Virus genome (UHGV): UHGV-0150885
Length of the DNA stretch: 57,380 nucleotides
DNA from: a virus
Reading direction: 5' to 3' (one strand)
Part shown: positions 43,232 to 51,611 of the stretch, piece after piece
How the letters are laid out: every line of letters begins with the position of its first letter
Position numbering within the stretch: the stretch's first letter is position 1
The notes under the pieces: generated by a model
The model's input: only the letters and a program-made list of their open reading frames with translations
Told to the model about the DNA's origin: nothing
Database searches by the model: none
Translations under genes and position numbers: made by a program

Positions 43232-43435
43232 TTAAGGCAACTCCACTTCGTTGAATGTAACAAGCACCCCTTGATTTTCTTTGTTAATGATTATGAAAGA
43301 ATTAATTGAGGGTAAGTATTTTTCTACTCGGTAAACATCGCCAATATCTAAGCTAAAATATTCTGTTAGCTCCTTATTGTTCCCCTTAGTAAAACCAGTA
43401 AACCTGACTGTTTCTTGCCCGTCGTACTTTAACAT
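43232..43435 (-). CDS. Moron protein (67 aa), hypothetical
   Basis: ORF track. Confidence 0.45.
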   Translation of the reverse strand: MLKYDGQETVRFTGFTKGNNKELTEYFSLDIGDVYRVEKYLPSINSFIIINKENQGVLVTFNEVELP

Positions 43436-43443
43436 ATGCGGTC

Positions 43444-43692
43444 CTACAGGTTATCACGCAGATAATTAACGCCCTTGTCAGTGACGAATGAATGATTAAC
43501 CTGGTTTTCATCCGTCATGATGATGAATAACTTTTCCTGCAAATATTTCGCTTTCGGGTACAGCGTTAAACAGACCTGGTACAAAATCCCGCGCTCAATC
43601 AGCAAATCAATAAATTCGTGCTCATGATAACCGATAAGGCGGGCGGCTTGTTTCAACGTGTATACATAGTCTCCGTGATTACGCCGCGCCAT
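43444..43692 (-). CDS. Moron protein (82 aa), possible DNA-binding
   Basis: ORF track; YTLKQAARLIGYHEHEFIDLLIERGIL HTH-like segment. Confidence 0.5.
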   Translation of the reverse strand: MARRNHGDYVYTLKQAARLIGYHEHEFIDLLIERGILYQVCLTLYPKAKYLQEKLFIIMTDENQVNHSFVTDKGVNYLRDNL

Positions 43693-43701
43693 ACTGCCAC
43701 C

Positions 43702-44052
43702 TTATTTATTGAAAGCGCCCAGGTTATCGATGCAGAAATCTTTTGCCGCTTTTTCGTATTCCTGTTTTGCTTTCGGGTCGTCTGCCGGGAAACCGTGCGC
43801 GTGTATTTCCGGGCAAGATTGATCCATAGAATCCGCAAGGTTTTCTTTAAAACAAGCATTGTTATCAATATCGTATTTCATATCTTCCACCTTTTCCGCT
43901 ATTTGTACTGGAGTGACCACATAGTCGCGGGCATTAGACCAACATCGCAGCAGTTCTCGCCCTTCCGTATGTGCTTTAACGTCTGTGTCATATAAACCTA
44001 TACATTCCCAATTGCACCGATCCGTAAACACTTCGAGCTTATATTTTTGCAT
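43702..44052 (-). CDS. Moron protein (~116 aa), Cys-containing, hypothetical
   Basis: ORF track, start chosen at MQKYKLEV; N-terminal extent uncertain. Confidence 0.45.
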   Translation of the reverse strand: MQKYKLEVFTDRCNWECIGLYDTDVKAHTEGRELLRCWSNARDYVVTPVQIAEKVEDMKYDIDNNACFKENLADSMDQSCPEIHAHGFPADDPKAKQEYEKAAKDFCIDNLGAFNK

Positions 44053-44270
44053 CCTACTGATCCCCGTTTTTAATCGGTTTAATCCGGTAGCCCAGGACGC
44101 GATCATCTTTTTCTGACAGGTCGAGAGCTGTTTCCAATGCGTCGCTGGGATTATCGAATTCAGCCTCAACATCACGCCCGCTACTCATAAACAAGGTTAG
44201 CCGCCATAGCTTATCGTTCATCCCGTACCCCTTTTATGCCGTTTTGTTAACTTCCCCTTCGTTTGAGTAA

Positions 44271-44309
44271 AATATACATATTGTAAAAATCGCGATCAAT
44301 CCATTTTGG
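44271..44309 (-). promoter_or_regulatory. Candidate promoter for reverse cassette 3 (CCAAAATGG box, -35 ATTGATC, 17 bp, -10 TATATT)
   Basis: Nearly identical architecture to candidate PL. Confidence 0.45.
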
Positions 44310-44353
44310 CGCGATTTAGCGTGACGCAGATCACAAAATCGAAAGGTGAGAAA

Positions 44354-45058
44354 ATGCGCAATATACCTACAGAGATGATTATTGATTCCGTCGATGCGGG
44401 AGTCGGCGCAATCATTGACTTGTTCGAACTGGACCTTACGCCCCTGGGAGGCGAGGTTATCCGCTTCCATTCCGGCGCGAACGGCTATTACGGCCCGGTT
44501 ATCTGGAAGGGCGTAGCTTACAACAGCTACCCGATCGAGGCGACAGGCTTCGAAATGAAAAACGAGGGTGTTTATTCACGGCCCCAAATGGCTGTAGCCA
44601 ACATTGAAGGGCTTATTACCGGAATGAACACCGATTACAACGACCTTCGGGGGATGAAGGTAACGCGCCGCCAGGTGGAGGTAAAATATCTGGATGCCAT
44701 TAACTTCCCTAATGGCAATCCCGATGCAGATCCATCTATTGAAGCGGTATCGGTTTACGTCATTGAAGCTATGAGCGAAGAAACCGCCGACCAGGTGCAA
44801 TATGAACTGGCAACGCCAATTGATGAAGATAAAGCCATTATCCCTGGCCGCACCATTCTTGCGGACGTTTGCCAGTGGCAATACAAAGGTGATGGATGTG
44901 GTTACGCTGGCGGGCCAGTTGCAACAGACAAAGACGTTCCGACTAATGATCCAACATTAGATCGGTGCAGCCACCGCTTGAGCGGTTGCCGTTTACGTTT
45001 CCCGCGCCCGGCGGCACTGCCAATCTCCTGTTTTCCGGGGTCCAGTAAGGTAGGTTAA
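44354..45058 (+). CDS. L: Minor tail protein L
   Basis: Colinear with lambda gpL (IDLTPLGGEV, PIEATGFEM, VTRRQV..YLDAINF, CQWQYKGDGCGYAG, CSHRLSGCRLRF). Confidence 0.9.
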   Translation: MRNIPTEMIIDSVDAGVGAIIDLFELDLTPLGGEVIRFHSGANGYYGPVIWKGVAYNSYPIEATGFEMKNEGVYSRPQMAVANIEGLITGMNTDYNDLRGMKVTRRQVEVKYLDAINFPNGNPDADPSIEAVSVYVIEAMSEETADQVQYELATPIDEDKAIIPGRTILADVCQWQYKGDGCGYAGGPVATDKDVPTNDPTLDRCSHRLSGCRLRFPRPAALPISCFPGSSKVG

Positions 45059-45060
45059 TC

Positions 45061-45792
45061 ATGGCGATGGAAGACAAAATGTTGCGTTATGCCGCCGCAC
45101 ACCCGCTTGAGGAAGTATGCGGACTGGTGATAGATGATGAATATTTTTTTTCGTGCGCTAACGTGTCTGAAACGCCGTACAACAGCTTTAAGATTTCGCC
45201 GGACGATTACATCAAAGCGGACGAATTGGGCGTTATAACCGCCGTTTTCCACTCCCACGTTGATGATATTCCGGTATTGTCGGCACGGGATCGACAACAG
45301 CAAGTTATTTCCGGGCTACCCTGGTTTTTGTGTTCCGGCGGCAGGATTAAAAGATTTCGCCCGGTGGCGCACCTGTTAGGCCGTAAGTTTGTGCACGGCG
45401 TAACGGATTGTTACACGCTTTTCCGGGATGCCTATCACCTTTGTGGTGTGGATCTACCGGACTTCGAGCGCCTTGATGGCTGGTGGTTGCGCGGTGAAAA
45501 CCTGTATTTAAAAAACTTGCCGCTAAACGGGTTTTTCCAGGTTGACGCGCAAAACATCCAGCCGGGTGATGTGATTATCAGGCAACCATTTAAAGGCGCG
45601 GACCCATGTCACGCGATGGTTTACCTGGGTGATAACACGGTTTTGCATCATGACCATGCCGGACTATTGAGCCGCCGCGAGCAAATGCGGCCCGCATATG
45701 TTCGACAAACGCATTCAATATGGAGATCTGATAAATGCTCAAATTTAGATTTACGGGCAATCTTCGAAGATATTTCAGCAAGGTGTGTTTAA
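45061..45792 (+). CDS. K: Tail assembly protein K (JAB/MPN + NlpC/P60-like)
   Basis: 243 aa; AAHPLEEVCGLV and HSHVD motifs as in lambda gpK. Confidence 0.85.
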   Translation: MAMEDKMLRYAAAHPLEEVCGLVIDDEYFFSCANVSETPYNSFKISPDDYIKADELGVITAVFHSHVDDIPVLSARDRQQQVISGLPWFLCSGGRIKRFRPVAHLLGRKFVHGVTDCYTLFRDAYHLCGVDLPDFERLDGWWLRGENLYLKNLPLNGFFQVDAQNIQPGDVIIRQPFKGADPCHAMVYLGDNTVLHHDHAGLLSRREQMRPAYVRQTHSIWRSDKCSNLDLRAIFEDISARCV

Positions 45793-46265
45793 ACGTCAAT
45801 ACACCTGCGCAGGGGCTTCGCTTATTGACCGCGCAGAATCAGGAATTTAAACGGGCGTTTTTAAGTACGCCATTACGGTTACGGATTGCCGGAAAGGATT
45901 ACGACGCGAAAACCGCGCCAGCCGCCGTTAATAATGAATATCCCGACGGAACAACAATTATTGTTGCGCCAGTGGTAGAAGGTGGTATTGCAGGGATTGG
46001 GGTGGTTGGCTGGCTGTTAATTGGCCTTTCCGTTGCGAGTATTGCGTTTTCAATTTTTATGGCCCGAAACATGAAAGTGAAAACATCAGCAGAAAGTGCG
46101 CAGGATAACAGCATTACAAACAACAGTTACACCAGTGTAGAAAACAGAGTAGGGCAAGGCCGACCCGTACCAATTTTACTTGGCGAAATGAAAATCGGGT
46201 CGAACGTTGGATCGTTGGGTATTGATACAACCAACAATAAAGACGCCTTAGACGTTGTAAGTTAA
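45735..46265 (+). CDS. I: Tail assembly protein I
   Basis: 176 aa; ubiquitin-like N-domain and Gly/Ala-rich hydrophobic C-terminal region as in lambda gpI; overlaps K end. Confidence 0.8.
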   Translation: MLKFRFTGNLRRYFSKVCLNVNTPAQGLRLLTAQNQEFKRAFLSTPLRLRIAGKDYDAKTAPAAVNNEYPDGTTIIVAPVVEGGIAGIGVVGWLLIGLSVASIAFSIFMARNMKVKTSAESAQDNSITNNSYTSVENRVGQGRPVPILLGEMKIGSNVGSLGIDTTNNKDALDVVS

Positions 46266-46277
46266 TAGGGGGTTATT

Positions 46278-49200
46278 ATGGGCGGCGGCGGTGGTAAAGC
46301 AAAAACACCAACATTAATAAACGACAATTTATTTCATAAGCAATTTTACCGGGTTCTGGATATATTGAGTGAAGGGCCGATTTACGGTCCGGTCAATACC
46401 GCTGCCCCGTTAAACTGCGTAATGCTTAATGACACACCTGTTACGGATGCCGTGGGTAATACCAGTATCCCAGGCGTTAGCGTCGCCTGGCGTCCGGGTA
46501 CTGCCGACCAGTCACCGATCAACGGCTTCAACGCCATTGAATCTACGGTAATGGTTAACGCGCAGGTGAAATATGACACGCCACTGGTAAGGACGGTATC
46601 AGATCCGAACGTGACGCGCGTCCGGTTGAATATTGGCGTGGATTCACTGGTGGAAAGTGACAGCGAATCAAACCAGCATGAAACATCAGTTTTTATGGCG
46701 ATTGATGTAAAACCATCATCATCATCAATCTGGTCGGCGATTAAGGCCGTGCAAATCGGTCCGGGTAAGATTAGCGGTGAATATCTGGAATCACACATCA
46801 TTGATGCGCCGGACGAAAAACCGTTCGATATTCGCGTTCGCCGCATAACACCTGACAGCACGGGCGATCTATTGCAGAATGATACCCGCTGGAATAGCTA
46901 CAGTGAAATTATCGACGATAACTTGTCTTATCCTCACACCGCTGTAGCGGGCGCGGTGATTGATCATGACCAGTATACCGACACGCCGACACGCACTTAT
47001 CACATGCGTGGCCTGATTGTTGATGTACCGGATAACTACGATCCGGAAACGCGCACTTATTCCGGTTTATGGCTGGGCGGGATGAAACAGGTGTACACCA
47101 ATAACCCAGCGTGGATCTTCCGGTATCTGGTTAAAAACGAGCGTTTTGGCCTTGCCCGCCATGCTGGTTATATTGACGTTGACGACGGCGCATTATACAC
47201 GCTTTCCCAATACTGCGATCAGTTGGTTGACGATGGTTATGGCGGCCTTGAGCCGCGCGTGACGCTTAATGCATACATTACGGAGCAAATGAGCGCCCGC
47301 GACTTACTGGACAACATTGCCGGAATGTTCCGGGGGATTGCGTTATGGGACGGTCAAACACTTACTGTAATGCTCGATGCACCGCAAGATCCGATTGCAA
47401 CCATCACAAACGCAAACGTCGTTGATGGTGCATTCACCCGTTCAAGCATTGCGCGTGCGGAATGTTACAACGCCGTGATTGTATCCTGGACTGATCCGGA
47501 AAACGGCTGGGAGCAATCAAAAGAGTATGTAGCGGATGATGAGCTAATCGCCCGCGATGGTTACAATGAAACCACACTGGAGGCGTTCGGCTGTACATCA
47601 CGCGGGCAAGCGTACCGCGCGGGCAAATGGCTGATAGAAACAGCAAAACGCGAGCCGTCGAAATTCACGTTTAAAATGGCCCGTGACGCGATTCACTTTA
47701 CACCAGGGGATATTATCGAGATTCTCGATAATAACCGTGCTGGCGCGCGTTTAGGCGGTCGTATCGTGGCGAATAACGGGAACGTGATAACGGTTGATAA
47801 GGTTGATAGCGAGTACATTACGGCAGGCGACACCATCAGCTTGCTCGATAGCGATGGTAAATTTAAAAAACACCAGATCACCGGAGTGAATGGAAACGAG
47901 ATCACCTTAGCGGCGGCCCCGGCATGGATTCGGAACGGTACTGTATTTGCTGTATCAACCGAAGCGGCAAAACCCGTTTTATGTCGAATCACTAGCGTAG
48001 CCGAAACCGAAAATAACAGCGTATACACCATTGAGGCCGCGCAGCACGATCCGAACAAGCAAGCGGTTGTCGATGAGGGCGCAATCTTTGAGGTTAACAG
48101 CGACACGCTGAATCACTTCCGTGTACCGAACATCGAAAACCTGAAAGTGATAAACATTGGATCGGAAACAGTTCAATGCCGCGCCACCTGGGAAACTCAA
48201 ACCACTACCCGCGCATTAACCTTTGAGATCCGCATTTATGACACCGACGGGCGCGTGGTGGCGAGCTACGAAACGCAAAATTACCGGTATGACTTTTTCG
48301 GCCTTGAGTGCGGTAATTATTCGCTTGGTATTCGTGGGCGCAATGACACCGGGATGAAGGGAGCGGAAACACTGGTAGATCTTATTGTTGGTGCGCCTGC
48401 CGCGCCGACTGGTGTTAATTGGGTGCCAGGTGTTTTTCAGGCGACTGTTTACCCGATCAGCAACAGCACGCTAACGACTGATACTACTTACGAATTCTAT
48501 TACGCTGGAGAAAACCAGATTACTGACTTCTCACTGGTAACAACATCAGCGCAATTTTCCGGGCGCGGCTATCAGTGGACTTTTGGCGGGATGGCAACGG
48601 GCCACACGTATTACGTTTACGTGCGCACAAAAAACGCTTTCGGCGTATCTGACTTTATCGAAGCCAGTGGTAAGCCGTCCGAAAACTTCGAAGAAATCAC
48701 GGATGCCGTGCTGAATGAAGTTATGGAGGGTGAGCAATTTCAGGACATGATTAAAGAAACCATCGACGAGGTAACAGGCGGCTTGATGGGCGATGTGGAA
48801 GAACTGAAACAAACCACGGTAGATATTGACCAGGCTGTTACCGATCTGAAAGAATCGACCGCAGACCTGGAAGAACGCGTGAAAAACAATGAGGATGGAA
48901 TTGGAGAACATGAAAGCCAGATCAACGAAATCAGCGTCGAGTTAACTGAACAGGAAAATGAACTAATCCAGACACGCGCCAGCCTGCAAAACGCAGCTAT
49001 TGCGCTTATGAATAACTCACTGGCTAACACCAGCACGCGCACCACGTTGACGGCACAGTATAAAAACCAGAAAGCAGAAACGAAGGCGGAGATTGAGCGC
49101 ATCGACACTGTGATCGCTACAGAGAAAGAAGCGACCGCGCAGGCGCTTACGACACTCGAAAGCAAGGTCAATGACGAAATCAGCGCCAACGTAACCGAAC

Positions 49201-50255
49201 TGCAACAAACCATTGCAACGCTTGAAAGTTCGACAAGCCAGTCGATCGAAAAATTAGAAAGCCAGGTCAACGAAGATATTCAGGCAAGCATAACGGAGAT
49301 TAACCAGACGATCACCGATCTGGAATCATCCACATCTGAATCTATTAGCAACCTTGAGGCTAAAGTAGATGGTGATATATCGTCAGCAATAAGCAACATG
49401 GAGCAAGCACTCGCTACCCACGAAAAAGCCAACGCTACGCAGTTTAATAGCCTGCAAAGTCAGATTGATGAGAATGAGGCTGCAATCACTGAAACTAATC
49501 AGACGATCGCAACCAATGAACAAGCAACCGCGCAGAAGCTGGAGCAACTACAGGCGCAAATAGACGACGATGTGGCGGCAGCTATTACCGAAATGCAATC
49601 CGCGCTTGCCACCCATGAACAAGCTAATGCTACTCAGTTTGCGGAAATTAGCGCATCGCTGGAAGCAAACGAGGCGTCGATCACGGAGTGGAGCGAAGCG
49701 TTTACAACCTATAAGGAATCGACCGCCACGCAGATTGAAAGTATTACGGCGTCAATCGAGGGGCAATCGGTATCAATTGAGGAAAATAAAACCGCCATCG
49801 CTGGCCTTGAAACCGACATGTCGGCAACGTGGAGCGTTAAGATCGCCGCAGACAACAACGGCATGAAATATTTTTCCGGGATCTCGCTTGGCTTGACTGG
49901 CAGCGGTACGAGTACGCAATCGCAATGTATTTTCCTTGCTGACCGCTTTGTATTAATGACAGCGGCAAACGGCACATATACAACGCCTTTCTATGTCACA
50001 AATGGTGCAATGTATGTGCGCGAAGCGTTTATTAAAGACGCCTCAATCACTAACGCGAAAATTGGATCTTACATCCAGTCAAATAACTATGTTTCCGGTA
50101 GTACTGGCTGGAAGCTGGATAAATCCGGTACATTCGAAAACTACGGATCAGTAAGCGGTGAAGGAGCGATGAAATGGACGAACACAACAATCTCTGTCAG
50201 AGATGGAAATAGCGTGTTACGCGTCCAGATTGGGCGAATTACCGGATCATGGTAA
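46278..50255 (+). CDS. J: Host specificity protein J (central tail fibre) with coiled-coil repeat insertion
   Basis: 1325 aa; long colinear blocks with lambda J (FGCTSRGQAYRAGKWLIETAK, RVRRITPDSTGDLLQNDTRWNSYSEIID). Confidence 0.95.
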   Translation: MGGGGGKAKTPTLINDNLFHKQFYRVLDILSEGPIYGPVNTAAPLNCVMLNDTPVTDAVGNTSIPGVSVAWRPGTADQSPINGFNAIESTVMVNAQVKYDTPLVRTVSDPNVTRVRLNIGVDSLVESDSESNQHETSVFMAIDVKPSSSSIWSAIKAVQIGPGKISGEYLESHIIDAPDEKPFDIRVRRITPDSTGDLLQNDTRWNSYSEIIDDNLSYPHTAVAGAVIDHDQYTDTPTRTYHMRGLIVDVPDNYDPETRTYSGLWLGGMKQVYTNNPAWIFRYLVKNERFGLARHAGYIDVDDGALYTLSQYCDQLVDDGYGGLEPRVTLNAYITEQMSARDLLDNIAGMFRGIALWDGQTLTVMLDAPQDPIATITNANVVDGAFTRSSIARAECYNAVIVSWTDPENGWEQSKEYVADDELIARDGYNETTLEAFGCTSRGQAYRAGKWLIETAKREPSKFTFKMARDAIHFTPGDIIEILDNNRAGARLGGRIVANNGNVITVDKVDSEYITAGDTISLLDSDGKFKKHQITGVNGNEITLAAAPAWIRNGTVFAVSTEAAKPVLCRITSVAETENNSVYTIEAAQHDPNKQAVVDEGAIFEVNSDTLNHFRVPNIENLKVINIGSETVQCRATWETQTTTRALTFEIRIYDTDGRVVASYETQNYRYDFFGLECGNYSLGIRGRNDTGMKGAETLVDLIVGAPAAPTGVNWVPGVFQATVYPISNSTLTTDTTYEFYYAGENQITDFSLVTTSAQFSGRGYQWTFGGMATGHTYYVYVRTKNAFGVSDFIEASGKPSENFEEITDAVLNEVMEGEQFQDMIKETIDEVTGGLMGDVEELKQTTVDIDQAVTDLKESTADLEERVKNNEDGIGEHESQINEISVELTEQENELIQTRASLQNAAIALMNNSLANTSTRTTLTAQYKNQKAETKAEIERIDTVIATEKEATAQALTTLESKVNDEISANVTELQQTIATLESSTSQSIEKLESQVNEDIQASITEINQTITDLESSTSESISNLEAKVDGDISSAISNMEQALATHEKANATQFNSLQSQIDENEAAITETNQTIATNEQATAQKLEQLQAQIDDDVAAAITEMQSALATHEQANATQFAEISASLEANEASITEWSEAFTTYKESTATQIESITASIEGQSVSIEENKTAIAGLETDMSATWSVKIAADNNGMKYFSGISLGLTGSGTSTQSQCIFLADRFVLMTAANGTYTTPFYVTNGAMYVREAFIKDASITNAKIGSYIQSNNYVSGSTGWKLDKSGTFENYGSVSGEGAMKWTNTTISVRDGNSVLRVQIGRITGSW

Positions 50256-50262
50256 AATCAAG

Positions 50263-50292
50263 GGGCCGACTTGTTCGGCCTCAGTTTTATTA
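50263..50292 (+). terminator. Rho-independent terminator after J
   Basis: GGGGCCGA-CTTGT-TCGGCCTC hairpin + AGTTTTATT. Confidence 0.6.
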
Positions 50293-50305
50293 AGGAGGTG
50301 AAATT

Positions 50306-50617
50306 ATGGCTACTTTCGGCATAGCGACCTGGGACGCCAACGGCAATCCTAATAACTATGGAATCAAACCTTCCGTCGTGGTTGGCTATATTTCCTTGTC
50401 TTCCGGGCAAGTATCCGGCACATATTCTTTTACCGTTCCAACCGGGTGCAAATTATCTTATGGCGTGGCGCTTGATTATGGTACAACATCGTCAACGCGC
50501 AGAAAGATTAGTATTTCCGGCGGCACTGTTTCCATTTCCTCAGCAGGGGATACGGTAGGGGCTGATATATGGCCCGCATCACAATGTGACCTGATTATTT
50601 TTACGGAGATTGCATAA
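50306..50617 (+). CDS. Hypothetical tail-region protein (103 aa), MATFG family
   Basis: ORF track; N-terminus MATFGIATWDANGN paralogous to next gene. Confidence 0.5.
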   Translation: MATFGIATWDANGNPNNYGIKPSVVVGYISLSSGQVSGTYSFTVPTGCKLSYGVALDYGTTSSTRRKISISGGTVSISSAGDTVGADIWPASQCDLIIFTEIA

Positions 50618-51216
50618 TGGCTACTTTTGGCGCTTATTTACGCCTGGATAATGGCAATATTTTTGTGACGCCGGATTCTACCCCGATGTGTTTATATTCG
50701 CGGGTGGCCTTAAATTCCAGCCAGCAACAAACGATCGCTGTACCCGACGGCAAGCCTGTAATGGTATTCATCAAAAACACCGACGACACCGCCACGGGGC
50801 TTGCTTATCGCGCATCATCATCTACGGTAGTGATCCCGCCTGGTAACGGGTATGCGTATATATTCAGCATCTTCCCGCCATCGCTGCCGAGATGGGGGAT
50901 GGCTATCTGGAACGCTTCCGGGGAATTGGTACTGACCAATGAATCAAAAATATTAACCGACCTTGTTACAGTAGGCACGGCGGGATCGAGCGGGGGGATT
51001 TATATCGATCAAACATTATCAGGATCTTATGCGGTAGTGCCTCAGATATTAGGGGCCGTTGTAGGTATGGGTTCTGCAACAATATATACAGAGGCATACT
51101 ACAACGGCAGCACTACACGAATTCGCGGAAAACAGGTTGGTAGCTTGCAGCAGGCTTACAGCTACATTAACCACGGGAACGCTATCACCGCCATTAAAAC
51201 CGACGCCTATGATTAA
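50617..51216 (+). CDS. Hypothetical tail-region protein (199 aa), MATFG family
   Basis: ORF track; N-terminus MATFGAYLRLDNGN. Confidence 0.5.
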   Translation: MATFGAYLRLDNGNIFVTPDSTPMCLYSRVALNSSQQQTIAVPDGKPVMVFIKNTDDTATGLAYRASSSTVVIPPGNGYAYIFSIFPPSLPRWGMAIWNASGELVLTNESKILTDLVTVGTAGSSGGIYIDQTLSGSYAVVPQILGAVVGMGSATIYTEAYYNGSTTRIRGKQVGSLQQAYSYINHGNAITAIKTDAYD

Positions 51217-51452
51217 TTCAGTTCCGGGCAATCCGTTTTCTTGAAGTGGTCAACGCTCACCCATTGGAAATTGAACGGATACCCGGCCTTAACCATTTTG
51301 TGACCGCCAACATCTGCAACGCCAAAGACTGCAACCGCATATTCATTACCGCCAGTTTGATAGATTGCTGTACATTCACGTTTTGGCATATCAGCACAAC
51401 CAACCAGACCAGCAACCATTGCAGCGATAGCGATATTTTTTAAACCTTTCAT
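51213..51452 (-). CDS. Small lipoprotein, Cor-like candidate
   Basis: MKGLKNIAIAAMVAGLVGC lipobox; GGAGGG SD; reverse-oriented between J and tail-fibre genes. Confidence 0.6.
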   Translation of the reverse strand: MKGLKNIAIAAMVAGLVGCADMPKRECTAIYQTGGNEYAVAVFGVADVGGHKMVKAGYPFNFQWVSVDHFKKTDCPELN

Positions 51453-51611
51453 TGTCTTACCCTCCGTTGTTTCGTTGGTTGTAGTATCCATAAACCGCAT
51501 TTTTACAACATTGATGTAAATCAACAAACACATTTTGTATAAACCAGAAATGTAACATAGATCACAAAATGGTAGAATTATTCCGTTAATTAACATAATG
51601 GAGTCATTGCA

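Noticed and set aside
46382-49270. Multiple - strand ORFs (159, 137, 121, 176 aa) inside J
   Set aside because: Antisense shadow ORFs within a gene with strong homology to lambda J; no SD or coupling.
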